From a virus (taxonomy: Duplodnaviria > Caudoviricetes), in the IMG/VR virus record IMGVR_UViG_2974513674_000001, positions 32,001 through 96,000 of that record: a stretch of DNA of 64,000 bases; one strand, given 5' to 3'. Shown in pieces: positions 27,452 to 37,207 of the stretch. A model generated the notes under the pieces. That model was given only the letters and a program-made list of their open reading frames with translations, did no database searches and was not told where the DNA came from. Numbering within the stretch: the first letter of the stretch is position 1; each line of letters opens with the position of its first letter. The translations under genes were made by a program, and so were the position numbers.

Positions 27452-28291
27452 ATGGGCATGTCCATTCAAGACCTGATCGCTGGCAAACAGAAAGACATGG
27501 CCGCGAAGAAATCGCGCCAAAACACTCTGAAGCCGCTCCCAGGCACTCACACCTACCGTGTTCTGCCGTCCTGGCGTGGTGGTGACGAGAAGCAGTTCTG
27601 GCACGACTTTGCCATGCACTTCATCAAAACCCCTGACAGCGCTGGCAAACCTGCTGCGGTGTATGTCTGCACCGAGAAGACCTTCGGCAAGCCTTGCGAA
27701 GTCTGCGATGCAGCGAAGAAGCTGATGGCTGTATCGACTTCGGACGATCAGACCAAGATGCTGAAAGAAGCTCTGTCCGCTCAGCGCTACCTGCTGAACG
27801 TGCTGCACCTGACTGGCACCGAGCCAGAAAAAGTGCAGATCATGGAAGTCGGCCAGGGTGTGTTTGAAGCAGTGTGCGGTCTGATCGGCGAGTACGGTGA
27901 CATCACCGACCTCAACGAAGGCACCGACCTGAAGATCACTCGTACCGGTACTGGTCTCGACACCAAGTACACCGTCATGCCGGCGGCGAAGTCGAAGCCT
28001 GTTCCTGCGAAGATCGTTGCAAACCTGCCTAACCTCGACGAGTTCGTAGCTCAAGAGAACCCGGCCGGTGAAACGAAGGCTCTGACTTCGGTTGGTGCAA
28101 TCGTCGGCATCCTGCCAAGCAACAGCGCTGCTCCTGCACGACGTGGTAGCCATCCAGCTTTGGCTGACCTGTCCGCGGACGCAGATGACGCAGAGTTTGA
28201 AACGGTCAGTCCGACTGCCAAAGCCTCTGCAACCCCCGCTGGCGATGACCTCGACGGCCTGGATGAACTCGACGATCTTCTCGAAGACTGA
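27452..28291 (+). CDS. gp32-like single-stranded DNA-binding protein
   Basis: YRVLP, HF, C...CEVC, RYLLNV, D...GTDLKITRTGTGLDTKY, acidic C-tail. Confidence 0.8.
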   Translation: MGMSIQDLIAGKQKDMAAKKSRQNTLKPLPGTHTYRVLPSWRGGDEKQFWHDFAMHFIKTPDSAGKPAAVYVCTEKTFGKPCEVCDAAKKLMAVSTSDDQTKMLKEALSAQRYLLNVLHLTGTEPEKVQIMEVGQGVFEAVCGLIGEYGDITDLNEGTDLKITRTGTGLDTKYTVMPAAKSKPVPAKIVANLPNLDEFVAQENPAGETKALTSVGAIVGILPSNSAAPARRGSHPALADLSADADDAEFETVSPTAKASATPAGDDLDGLDELDDLLED

Positions 28292-28309
28292 TCGAATCCA
28301 TCCGGTTTA

Positions 28310-28338
28310 GAAAAGGGGCTGAAAAGCCCCTTCTCTCC
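28310..28338 (+). terminator. Rho-independent terminator
   Basis: AAGGGGCT-GAAA-AGCCCCTT. Confidence 0.7.
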
Positions 28339-28354
28339 CTCTGAGGTATCCGCT

Positions 28355-29311
28355 ATGTCCAAAGAATACGATCTGATCCTCATCGACGGTAACAGCCTGG
28401 GTCACGCCGCGCACAACGCCCGCGTACTCAAGCACCGCACCGGTGAGGTTCAAGCCATCTTCTTCGGTTTGAAGATGATGAAGAAGGCAGTTGAAACCTT
28501 CAGCAGCGCCAGCACCCGAGTGATCTGCCTCTGGGACGACAAAGCCCAATGGCGCTACGACATTCACCCGGAGTACAAAGGCAAGCGCGACAACACTCCC
28601 GAAAAAGCAGTCTCGCGCCGTGAGTACAAGCGCCAGGTTCCAATCTTCCGCCAAGCGCTCTCGCTGATCGGTATGGAACAGCGCTTCGCAAAGGGCGACG
28701 AAGCTGACGACCTCGCTTCCGCACTCGTTCACAATCGCACCCCGAACCAGAAGATTATGCTGGTGTCCGGCGATCACGACTGGCTTCAGCTCGTCAGTGA
28801 CGACGTTGACTGGTTCGATCCTCGCACTGAGGGGCTGTTCGTGGACATGAGCAACTTCGAGGAAGTCACCGGCTACCCGAACGTGATCCAGTTCAGCCAG
28901 TCCAAAGCCCTGATCGGTGATGGCAGCGACAACATCAAAGGCGTCGAGGGTATCGGGGACAAAGCCGTCCCGCTGATCTTCAAAGAGTGGGGCAGCATCG
29001 CCAAGATGTTCGCTTGGGCAGATGCACTGCCGAAGCAGGAAGTTCTGAAGTCGGACATCCCGGCTGAGCTGAGCTTCTGGCGCAAGAAGATCGAGACCTT
29101 CATGTTCGGTGGCGGTCGTGACATCTTCAAGCGCAACATGCGGCTGATGAACCTGCTCAGCAAGCGTCACCGCAGCACCGAAATCCTGGCCAACCAGGTC
29201 GTTCTGAAGTCCAAGTTTGACGAGAACGGGTTCATTGATCTGTGCCACGAATACGCTTTCATGAGCATCGTGACCAACATGAACCAATGGCGTAAAACTT
29301 TCGCATCGTAA
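28355..29311 (+). CDS. 5'-3' exonuclease / flap endonuclease (Pol I N-terminal or T4 RNase H-like)
   Basis: LIDGNS, YKGKR, EADD, SGDHDWLQL, GDGSDNIKGVEGIGDK. Confidence 0.92.
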   Translation: MSKEYDLILIDGNSLGHAAHNARVLKHRTGEVQAIFFGLKMMKKAVETFSSASTRVICLWDDKAQWRYDIHPEYKGKRDNTPEKAVSRREYKRQVPIFRQALSLIGMEQRFAKGDEADDLASALVHNRTPNQKIMLVSGDHDWLQLVSDDVDWFDPRTEGLFVDMSNFEEVTGYPNVIQFSQSKALIGDGSDNIKGVEGIGDKAVPLIFKEWGSIAKMFAWADALPKQEVLKSDIPAELSFWRKKIETFMFGGGRDIFKRNMRLMNLLSKRHRSTEILANQVVLKSKFDENGFIDLCHEYAFMSIVTNMNQWRKTFAS

Positions 29312-29322
29312 GGATCAAACAA

Positions 29323-30441
29323 ATGGCAGCTTCCGCACTCGCAAAAGCGCTTCAAGGCGCAATCGGTAAGAACGCAACCCGTACTGGCATCAAGAACTGG
29401 ATGACCACTGGTATCCCTGAGCTTGACGCTGCACTGTCCGGTCTGTTCGAGAAGGGCGGTGTTCCGGGCGGCCGCATGATCGAGATTTTCGGCCCAGCGT
29501 CCTCTGGTAAAACCTTCCTGGCCACTATGATCATGGTCGCAGCGCAGCAGATGGGCGGCATCGCCGGCTTCTCTGACCACGAACGCTCGTTCGAGCCTGG
29601 TCTTGCTGAGAGCCTGGGTCTGTGCATCGACGAAGACACCGGCACCTGGGTCTACAAGAAGCCTGAGACCTTTGAAGAGTCGATCCAGACCGCAATGGCG
29701 TTCTGTGAATTCGTCCGCAAGAACAAGCTGATCCCTGAAGAAGCGCCGCTGGTTTGGGTGTTCGACTCCGTAGCGTCGATGGTGCCTTACGACAAGCTGT
29801 ACGACGACAAGGGCAAGCGTCGGGTCGACCGCATCAACATGAAGGACAAGCTGGCTCTGGCAACTGCGACCTCGCAGAACTACCCGCAGCTCGCTCAGTT
29901 CGCCGAAGACTACAACATGACCGTGATCCTGCTGAACCAGGTTCGCATGAAGCCGGGTGTCATGTACGGCGACCCGACCACTACCCCAGGTGGCCAGGCA
30001 GCCGAGTTCTACGCTTCGATCCGCATCAGCCTGGGTCGCAAGATGATCACCAACGGCAAGGCCGGCGACGACAAAGAGACGCTGGGTCAGGAAATCACTG
30101 CCAACGTGATCAAGAACAAGGTCACTCGACCGTTCCAGAAAGCGAAGTGGCGCGTCATGTACAACATGACCGGCAAAGGCGCAACTGTTGACGTCGTCGG
30201 CTCGACCATTGATTATCTGGTTCGCAAGTCGCTGCTCCCACGCGACGGCAACTACCTTGTCTGGGAAGGCAAGAAGTTGTACCAGTCGGCGCTTGAGAAG
30301 AAGCTGGCCGATGATCCAGATGCAATGAAGAAACTCCGTGCCTTCCTGCCTGACAGCGTGGAATCACTGAGCAAAGAGGACGCCCCGTCCGAAACCCTGC
30401 CGACCGAAGGCGGCGAAACTGAAGTAGGTGAAGCAGAATGA
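29323..30441 (+). CDS. recA: RecA/UvsX recombinase
   Basis: GRMIEIFGPASSGKT, DSVA, NQVRMKPGVMYGDPTTTPGG, KNKV. Confidence 0.95.
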   Translation: MAASALAKALQGAIGKNATRTGIKNWMTTGIPELDAALSGLFEKGGVPGGRMIEIFGPASSGKTFLATMIMVAAQQMGGIAGFSDHERSFEPGLAESLGLCIDEDTGTWVYKKPETFEESIQTAMAFCEFVRKNKLIPEEAPLVWVFDSVASMVPYDKLYDDKGKRRVDRINMKDKLALATATSQNYPQLAQFAEDYNMTVILLNQVRMKPGVMYGDPTTTPGGQAAEFYASIRISLGRKMITNGKAGDDKETLGQEITANVIKNKVTRPFQKAKWRVMYNMTGKGATVDVVGSTIDYLVRKSLLPRDGNYLVWEGKKLYQSALEKKLADDPDAMKKLRAFLPDSVESLSKEDAPSETLPTEGGETEVGEAE

Positions 30442-30821
30442 AAGAGTTCCTGAAAAGCAAGTGGCAGATCATCGAGGCGCTGTTCAAGAAGCACGTCGCC
30501 CCGCGCATCGAGAAGGCAGGCCCAGTCGTATCGTTCCTGCTGGTCGCCCTGACCGTCGTTGTTGGTCTCGCCATCGCAGTAGCGTTCGTCGCCGGTGTGA
30601 TCACTGTGACCATCCTGGCGCCGGGCATGATCGTCGGGTTCTTCGCATGGACCTACCTGGAACTTGGTGCGACCTACTTCCCGACGCTGTCGCCGGTCTA
30701 CTTGACCATCCCGTACTGGCACTTCGCGTGGGGCTTCGCAGCACTGATCCTGATCTGGCGCTGCTTTCGCAAGGGTGTCTACGGTAAGAGCGCGACGGCC
30801 GGCGTGAAGACGACCAAGTAA
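30438..30821 (+). CDS. Membrane protein
   Basis: Two to three hydrophobic segments. Confidence 0.6.
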   Translation: MKEFLKSKWQIIEALFKKHVAPRIEKAGPVVSFLLVALTVVVGLAIAVAFVAGVITVTILAPGMIVGFFAWTYLELGATYFPTLSPVYLTIPYWHFAWGFAALILIWRCFRKGVYGKSATAGVKTTK

Positions 30822-30838
30822 GTCGAGCAGCAAACAAG

Positions 30839-30863
30839 AGGACAGCTTAGGCTGTCCTTTTTT
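30839..30863 (+). terminator. Rho-independent terminator
   Basis: AGGACAGC-ttag-GCTGTCCT followed by T tract. Confidence 0.85.
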
Positions 30864-30876
30864 ATTGGAGGCGAAA

Positions 30877-31353
30877 ATGATCGACGCAAACCTGCGAACG
30901 CTAAAGGTTCACGAAGAGCACGGCTACACGATGAAGAACGGCATGTGCAGCCGGTGTGGCTACAACGAGCTGTGCCGCTCTCAGAGCGACGAAGTCAGCG
31001 CGTGCAAGGCGTATGAGCCCGTACTGGCGTTTCAATCTCTGGCGGGCTGTGAGCTGTCTTTCAACACGGTTCGGCTGGGCAGCGCATGGAGCAAACGTGT
31101 GAAACCCGGATCGACCGTTGCACTGGTCAACAAAGCAGGTGAGAAACTGGCATCAGCCATTGTCGAAGCAGTGCGAGTGGGTCCGCGGATCGAAATGATC
31201 GCAGAGCACGCCGCAGCCAATCACCTGATGGTCGCTCGCAAGGCTCAGCAGCCGAACGCAGAGTTGACCAGGGTATTGCGCAATCTCTACGGCCCCAACT
31301 ATCTAGCGCGGGCAGAAACGATGACTGTGATCTACCTGCGAATAAACGAGTAA
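30877..31353 (+). CDS. Hypothetical protein, Cys cluster plus possible ASCH/PUA-like domain
   Basis: CxxC; FNTVRLG...VKPGSTVALV; GGAGG SD. Confidence 0.5.
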   Translation: MIDANLRTLKVHEEHGYTMKNGMCSRCGYNELCRSQSDEVSACKAYEPVLAFQSLAGCELSFNTVRLGSAWSKRVKPGSTVALVNKAGEKLASAIVEAVRVGPRIEMIAEHAAANHLMVARKAQQPNAELTRVLRNLYGPNYLARAETMTVIYLRINE

Positions 31354-31376
31354 TGCCACTGGGGATAACATTTCAA

Positions 31377-31406
31377 CCCCAGTCTTTAGCGCTCATAATC
31401 AACGCT
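31377..31406 (+). promoter_or_regulatory. Phage promoter
   Basis: CCCC-N13-CATAAT(31394). Confidence 0.6.
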
Positions 31407-31428
31407 CAATCAAACAGCGAGTAGCCCA

Positions 31429-32517
31429 ATGAAACCATATGGAGTTATCTCTGATGTCCACTGTCATTCGTGGTCTCAGTTCAGCCGCCCTCTGCCAAGC
31501 GGTGTCAACAGCCGACTGCAAGACATCCTCGACGCCTTTGAAATGGCAGCGAAGCACGTCCTGAACTCTGACGGCGACACCCTGTTCATCACCGGCGATC
31601 TGTTCCATGTTCGCGGTTCTGTCAGCCCGAAGGTTCTGAACCCGGTCAAAGACGCCTTCGCCAAGCAGACGAAGAAGGGCCTGAAGATCGTTGTCCTCAC
31701 CGGCAACCACGACCTCGAAAGCCGTGACAGCGAAGCCCTGAGCAACGCCTGTGAAGCTCTGAGCCCAATCGAAGGCGTGACCATCGTCAGCAAGCCTCGC
31801 ATCTTCCACGATGACTTCGTGGTGATGATCCCCTGGTACGACAGCCTGGACACCGTGCGCAAGCACATCGCCGACTGCATCGAAGAAATCGAAGACCTGG
31901 GTGACGAAGCAGCCAACTACACGCTGATGCTGCACGTACCTGTGAACGGCGTTCTGTTCGGCATCCCTGATCACGGCTTCTACGCCAAAGAGCTTGAGAA
32001 GTTCGGCTTCCAGCGCGTGTTCTCGGGTCACTTCCACAACCACAAGAAGTTCGAGGGTGAGGTCTACAGCGTAGGCGCCCTGACGCATCAGACCTGGGGC
32101 GACGTGAAGAGCCTGGCTGGCCACATCATCGTGGACGACACCGGCGTGCGTCACTTCAAGAACAACAGCCCGGAGTTCAAGGACTTCGATCTGGCCTGGG
32201 ACGATGACACCGCTGCCGACGAGTGCAAAGGCTCGTTCGTTCGTGTTCGCCTGGGTGAAGCTGACAGCGACGAAATTGAAATGATCCGGGACCACATCCT
32301 GGGCCTGGGCGCACTCGGCTGCAACGTCGATGCGATCCCTGTTCCGAAGGGCACTGCAACTGCCCGCCCAGCGCCGGGTACTGCTGCGCCGGCCGCTCCA
32401 ACTGTTCGCCAGTCCATCGTTGATTGGATTCGTGCGAACTCTGCCGCCAGCACTTCGACCGACGTCGAGAAGCTGTGCATGGACATCATGACCGAAGTGG
32501 AGAGCATCACCGTATGA
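31429..32517 (+). CDS. sbcD: SbcD/Mre11-like nuclease
   Basis: SDVH, GDLFH, GNHD, SGHFH. Confidence 0.9.
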   Translation: MKPYGVISDVHCHSWSQFSRPLPSGVNSRLQDILDAFEMAAKHVLNSDGDTLFITGDLFHVRGSVSPKVLNPVKDAFAKQTKKGLKIVVLTGNHDLESRDSEALSNACEALSPIEGVTIVSKPRIFHDDFVVMIPWYDSLDTVRKHIADCIEEIEDLGDEAANYTLMLHVPVNGVLFGIPDHGFYAKELEKFGFQRVFSGHFHNHKKFEGEVYSVGALTHQTWGDVKSLAGHIIVDDTGVRHFKNNSPEFKDFDLAWDDDTAADECKGSFVRVRLGEADSDEIEMIRDHILGLGALGCNVDAIPVPKGTATARPAPGTAAPAAPTVRQSIVDWIRANSAASTSTDVEKLCMDIMTEVESITV

Positions 32518-34451
32518 AAATCCTGAAGGCGATCATCGACAACTTCGCCGCCATTGGGCACATCGAGGTCGAGCTGAATGACAAGGGCTTGGTGCTGATC
32601 CAGGGCGACAACAAGGACGACACTTCCCAGGACTCGAACGGTTCGGGCAAGTCGACCCTGCCGGATGCGCTGTGCTGGGCCTTCTACGGCGAGACTGCCA
32701 AAGGTCAGTCCGGTGACAAGCTGGTCAACCGCACCGCCAAGAAAGACTGCGCCGTTGAAGTGCATGTGGTCGACGAAGACACCGACGACGTGTTCCGCAT
32801 CAGTCGTCACCGCAAGCACAAGACCTACAAGAACATGCTGCGCCTGGAAGTGCTTCAGGGCTCGAACTGGAAAGACCTCACCGGCGGCACCGACAAGCTG
32901 ACCCAGGCGCTGGTCGAGAAGGTGATCGGCTGCAACTACGAAGTCTTCAAGTCCGCGATCTACGCTGGCCAAGAAGCCATGCCCGATCTGCCAGGCATGA
33001 CCGACAAGCAACTGAAGGTGCTGATCGAAGAGAGCGCCGGCATTGCACAGCTTCAAGCAGCCTCTGACATCGCGAACCGCCACGTCAAAGACCGCAAGCT
33101 GATCGTTCAGGATCACCAGGGCAAGATCGACAAGCTCCAGTCCAACATCGAATTGCTGGACAGCAACATCGTGACCCTCAAAAGCCGTTCGGAAGCCTGG
33201 GAAATCACTCAAGAAGCCAATATTGGCATCGCTGAAGACAACGTGACCACGCTCGAAGCCTCGTTCGACGACGCCCTGGGCGACCGCATCACGAAGAAGA
33301 AGACCCAGCTCGCTGACAAGTCCTCTGAAATTCGCACGCAGATCGCCGGCAGTGATGCTGAGCGTCTGCAAGAGCGTGTGCTGGCTGATGCGAAGGCGAA
33401 GGCTGACGCAGGCGAGTCGAACGCTGCCCACGCTTATGACACGGCCAAGAACCGCGTCAGCCACGCAGAGCACGCCTTGTCGCACGCCGGTGAGTCCGGT
33501 CACTGTGACACCTGCGGTCACGAACTCGACGCCAGCAACGTCGAGACGGCTAAAGCCAACGCTCAAGCAACGCTCGACAGCGAGAAATCAGCGCTTGCAG
33601 CAGCGAAGAAGGCACTGTCTGTAGCGCACGACAGCGCTGATACAGCGACGAAAGCGCTAGCAGAGCATCGCGACAACATGACAGACGTTAGCGCGCTCAC
33701 AAGCGAGCTACAGACGATCAGCGAGAACAGCGCGAAGCTGGACGCTGCGCTGACCGCCTGGAATCGTCAGAAGACTGGTCTTGAAGCGGCGAAGGCCAAC
33801 GTCCAGGCTGAGCGCGACAAGAAGAACCCCTACGGTCAACAGATCACCGACGCCGAAGCGCAGATCGACACGATCAACGCCAAGATCGAGGAAGTCGAAG
33901 AGCGCCGGGTCGAAGCAGCCAAAGAGCTGTTCATCGCCGAAGAAGCGGCGCGAGTGTACAACCAGGCCGGCGTGCGAGCGCACATCCTGGACACCGTGAC
34001 GCCGCACCTGAACGCCCGCACGTCGCACTACCTGTCCACGCTGACTGACGGCAACGTCTCCGCTATCTGGTCGACCGTCAGCAAGACTGCCAAAGGCGAG
34101 CTGCGCGAGAAGTTCGTGATCGACGTGGAGTCCAAGACGGGCGGCGAGTCCTTCAAAGACCTGTCGGGCGGTGAGAAGCGCAAGGTTCGCCTGGCGTGTG
34201 CAATGGCTCTGCAAGACCTGGTTGCAAGCCGGGCCAACAAGCCGATCAAGCTGTTCATCGCGGACGAAATCGACACCGCACTCGACGCAGCCGGCCTGGA
34301 ACGCCTGATGGCAATCCTCGATGCGAAGTCGCGAGACAAGGGCACCGTTCTGGTAGTCTCCCACTCCGACCTCCGCGACTTCATCCGTAACAGCGTGACG
34401 GTCGTCAAGCAGGGCGGCAAAGCTACCCTGGAAGCCAACACTATCCTGTGA
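32514..34451 (+). CDS. sbcC: SbcC/Rad50-like ATPase
   Basis: NGSGKST, coiled coil with CDTC zinc hook, LSGGE, IADE, VSH. Confidence 0.92.
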   Translation: MKILKAIIDNFAAIGHIEVELNDKGLVLIQGDNKDDTSQDSNGSGKSTLPDALCWAFYGETAKGQSGDKLVNRTAKKDCAVEVHVVDEDTDDVFRISRHRKHKTYKNMLRLEVLQGSNWKDLTGGTDKLTQALVEKVIGCNYEVFKSAIYAGQEAMPDLPGMTDKQLKVLIEESAGIAQLQAASDIANRHVKDRKLIVQDHQGKIDKLQSNIELLDSNIVTLKSRSEAWEITQEANIGIAEDNVTTLEASFDDALGDRITKKKTQLADKSSEIRTQIAGSDAERLQERVLADAKAKADAGESNAAHAYDTAKNRVSHAEHALSHAGESGHCDTCGHELDASNVETAKANAQATLDSEKSALAAAKKALSVAHDSADTATKALAEHRDNMTDVSALTSELQTISENSAKLDAALTAWNRQKTGLEAAKANVQAERDKKNPYGQQITDAEAQIDTINAKIEEVEERRVEAAKELFIAEEAARVYNQAGVRAHILDTVTPHLNARTSHYLSTLTDGNVSAIWSTVSKTAKGELREKFVIDVESKTGGESFKDLSGGEKRKVRLACAMALQDLVASRANKPIKLFIADEIDTALDAAGLERLMAILDAKSRDKGTVLVVSHSDLRDFIRNSVTVVKQGGKATLEANTIL

Positions 34452-34458
34452 GGGAAAC

Positions 34459-35154
34459 ATGCCTCTAGTTAAGAACCTGGAGGTGGACCCGGACCTCTGC
34501 GGCGAGACTTTTCGTCGCAGAGAGTGGGCACTTCAGAAAGATTACATCCGCAGAATGGAGCTTGGAAAAGAAGTCTCCATTCGCGCAGTGACAATCAAGG
34601 GCGCGATGATCATCAAGGCTCTTCGTGAGGTCAGCGAAGACGAGGTGAACATCAACGATTCAGTCCTCGAAGTCTACGCAGACGCAGAAGACTGGCTCTG
34701 CCGCAAGATGAACACCCTGTTTCAAACTGTGCGCCACCTGGGTATGAACCCGGTGAGCATGAAGAAGCAGATCGCAGCCATGTATGAGAACGGCAGCAAC
34801 GTCGATCCACTGATTGCAAACGGCTGTGATCTTGTCTGGGTGCCGATGTGCGCCCACGTTGTTGGTGACGAGCGTGTGTATCTGTTCCGAGTAGCGGGCA
34901 AGAACGTCAAGAAGATCGACAAGACCAACTCCGGCGTAATTGGCTACACCCGCGAGTACCTCAACACTGTGACCCCTGAAGTCGCAGCGTACATCGCCAA
35001 GTTGGAAAGCAAGGCAATGGACGACGAAGAGGTTCGCAACGCCTTCACCCGGCTCGGGTCTGTTCTGCGACCCAAAGCCTACAAAGATGAAATGCTGGCT
35101 GAGCGAGCCAAGCAATACGAAAACAGCAAGACCGACTTTGGAGGTTGGGCATGA
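34459..35154 (+). CDS. Hypothetical protein with C-terminal tag (FGGWA)
   Basis: ORF with SD. Confidence 0.65.
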   Translation: MPLVKNLEVDPDLCGETFRRREWALQKDYIRRMELGKEVSIRAVTIKGAMIIKALREVSEDEVNINDSVLEVYADAEDWLCRKMNTLFQTVRHLGMNPVSMKKQIAAMYENGSNVDPLIANGCDLVWVPMCAHVVGDERVYLFRVAGKNVKKIDKTNSGVIGYTREYLNTVTPEVAAYIAKLESKAMDDEEVRNAFTRLGSVLRPKAYKDEMLAERAKQYENSKTDFGGWA

Positions 35155-36029
35155 TGCGTCAGTTTCTCAACCAGTGGCGAGGCGAGTCCTCGTCGGTCAA
35201 CACCTTCGTCGCATCCATGCAGAGCGAACGCTACGCTGATGGCGACGACCATACCCTACTGCCGGCACTCGAACTGTTTCACACCAGCCCGCGTGCCGTC
35301 GCTGAGTACCTGTTCACCTACATTGCAACCGCCCCGCGTGAGCTGACAGACCTGGCCAGCCAGGTTCTCGACGCCAGCAAAGGCGTCGTGCTGACTGAGG
35401 AAGAGCAGATCGACCTGAAGGCCCTGGCTATCTCCTGCAAGGAGCTGGGCGAGCAGATGGATCGCTTCACCAAGAACATGGCATCGGACAAAGCGTGGAG
35501 CGCAATCTACAACGCACCGATCAGTGTGACCCGGGTGTGGCGCACGAAGCGCGGCGAAGAGGTGGTGGGCACCCCTGAAGTGCGCAACGTGCCAATCGAC
35601 CAGGTTCCCAATCGCTTGTCGAGCCTGGTACTGGTCGAGGAAGAGTCGAGCAAGGGTGTCACACGTCGCCCAATGCTCAGTGTGTCCGACGGTCGCTATC
35701 AGTTGGACGGGTCAATCGGTGAGGTGCGTGCCGATTTCCTGATCGACATCCCGGCGATGTTTGCACACGGAGCTGATGTCTCCCCACGCGGCCGCATGGG
35801 TCGCGGGTGTGGTCAAAAAGGCACCGAGAGGCTGTTCACCCGCACGATGACAGCAGCGCTCCCACTGTTAGAGGCAACTCTCGCAGTGGCTGAGCCGCTC
35901 GTTCGTCGGGGCGTGCTTGAGAGTGACCTGTACCAGTTCGACGAAGTGATCGACTACACGCCGGGAGCGAACCCTCTGAAAGCAGAGGACAATCCCAACG
36001 CCAAATATGACATTGGAGGATGGGCATGA
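35151..36029 (+). CDS. Hypothetical protein with C-terminal tag (IGGWA)
   Basis: ATGA-coupled. Confidence 0.65.
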   Translation: MMRQFLNQWRGESSSVNTFVASMQSERYADGDDHTLLPALELFHTSPRAVAEYLFTYIATAPRELTDLASQVLDASKGVVLTEEEQIDLKALAISCKELGEQMDRFTKNMASDKAWSAIYNAPISVTRVWRTKRGEEVVGTPEVRNVPIDQVPNRLSSLVLVEEESSKGVTRRPMLSVSDGRYQLDGSIGEVRADFLIDIPAMFAHGADVSPRGRMGRGCGQKGTERLFTRTMTAALPLLEATLAVAEPLVRRGVLESDLYQFDEVIDYTPGANPLKAEDNPNAKYDIGGWA

Positions 36030-36556
36030 AAGAAGAATGGCGATTCATCCCTGGCCACTCAAGCTACGAGGTCTCGAACATGGGCCGAGTCCGTTCTCAT
36101 AAACGGCTCGACAGCCGCGGACAGCCAAAGCTACTCTCCCTGTCGATGACGGTTGAGAAGCCTACCAAGCCTCGATACTGGAAGGTGGGCCTGAAGCCTG
36201 ACGTGGGGCAGCGCAGGACGATGGAAGTACATCGCCTTGTTCTGATCACCTTCGTCGGCCCGCCACCCACGATCAAGCACCAGGGCGCGCACAACGACGG
36301 CAACGGCCTCAACAACTGGCTGCCGAACCTGAAGTGGGCAACGCAAGCAGAGAACGAAGCCGACAAAATCCTGCATGGCACGGTCGCCCAGGGCGCGTCA
36401 CACGGCAAAGCGGTGCTGACGGAAGCCCAAGTGCGCCGGATCAAGAAGGTGAAGAAATGGAAGCACGGCATGGTCCGGGCTTTCGCAATCGAGTTCGGGG
36501 TCCAAGACTCCGCAATCTCCAAGATCAAACTTGGCCAAAGGTGGAATTCACTATGA
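36026..36556 (+). CDS. NUMOD4-HNH homing endonuclease
   Basis: EEWRFIPG..YEVSNMGRVRS; VHRLV; HNDGNGLNN..NLKW...EN. Confidence 0.9.
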   Translation: MKEEWRFIPGHSSYEVSNMGRVRSHKRLDSRGQPKLLSLSMTVEKPTKPRYWKVGLKPDVGQRRTMEVHRLVLITFVGPPPTIKHQGAHNDGNGLNNWLPNLKWATQAENEADKILHGTVAQGASHGKAVLTEAQVRRIKKVKKWKHGMVRAFAIEFGVQDSAISKIKLGQRWNSL

Positions 36557-37119
36557 GCAAAATCAGAATCATCGGGGTTGACCCGAGCATGAGCAACCTG
36601 GGTATCGCGAAGGGTTGGCTTGATCTTCAGACGCTCAAGTGGGTAGTGGAAGAAGTCGAGCTGACCAAGACCGAGAAGGGCAAGTCCAAGACTGTCCGCA
36701 AGTCGAGCGACGACTACGACCGCGCCCGGTTGCTGTACGAGGCTCTGAGCGAGTCTGAGAAGGGCGCCGAGATTGCGTTCGTCGAAATGCCAATCGGCTC
36801 TCAGAGCGCGGCGGCAATGAAGTCCTACGGCATGTGCATCCAACTGATCGCATCGCTCGACATCCCGGTGATCCAGGTCAGCCCGAACCAGGTCAAGATT
36901 CACGCGACCGGCGACCGCATGGCCACGAAGGAAGAAATGATCGCGTGGGCATTCAAGAAGTTCCCAGACATCAACTGGTTGCAGCGCGGCGGCAAGCTGA
37001 CCCTGAACAACGAGCACTTGGCTGACGCCATCGGTGCGATCAACGCGGGTGTGGAAGAAGACGACTTCAAGGCTCTGATCGCCATGCTTCGCAAAATGAC
37101 AGCTAGCTTTACCAAGTAG
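36553..37119 (+). CDS. ruvC: RuvC-like Holliday junction resolvase
   Basis: IIGVDPS, FVE, VK...G..ATKEEMI, HLADA. Confidence 0.85.
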   Translation: MSKIRIIGVDPSMSNLGIAKGWLDLQTLKWVVEEVELTKTEKGKSKTVRKSSDDYDRARLLYEALSESEKGAEIAFVEMPIGSQSAAAMKSYGMCIQLIASLDIPVIQVSPNQVKIHATGDRMATKEEMIAWAFKKFPDINWLQRGGKLTLNNEHLADAIGAINAGVEEDDFKALIAMLRKMTASFTK

Positions 37120-37207
37120 CTGCCGGGTACACTTTCGACCCCTCGATATACAATGGGTTGCGTAGAGCAGCCCATCTAACCACTACATCATGTGTAAGGA
37201 CTTAAAC

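Noticed and set aside
35135-35154. The GGWA ends as a mere by-product of GGAGG SD plus ATGA overlap
   Set aside because: It may contribute in some cases, but many coupled genes end differently (GDKA, KVAK, DVAV, ENMA), uncoupled genes still carry the tag, and the upstream [RK]PxxF is also shared. It is insufficient as the sole explanation.
37122-37154. TACAAT upstream of nrdA as a member of the phased-CC promoter class
   Set aside because: A -10-like box is present but the CC runs are not at the conserved spacing, so it was left out of the class.
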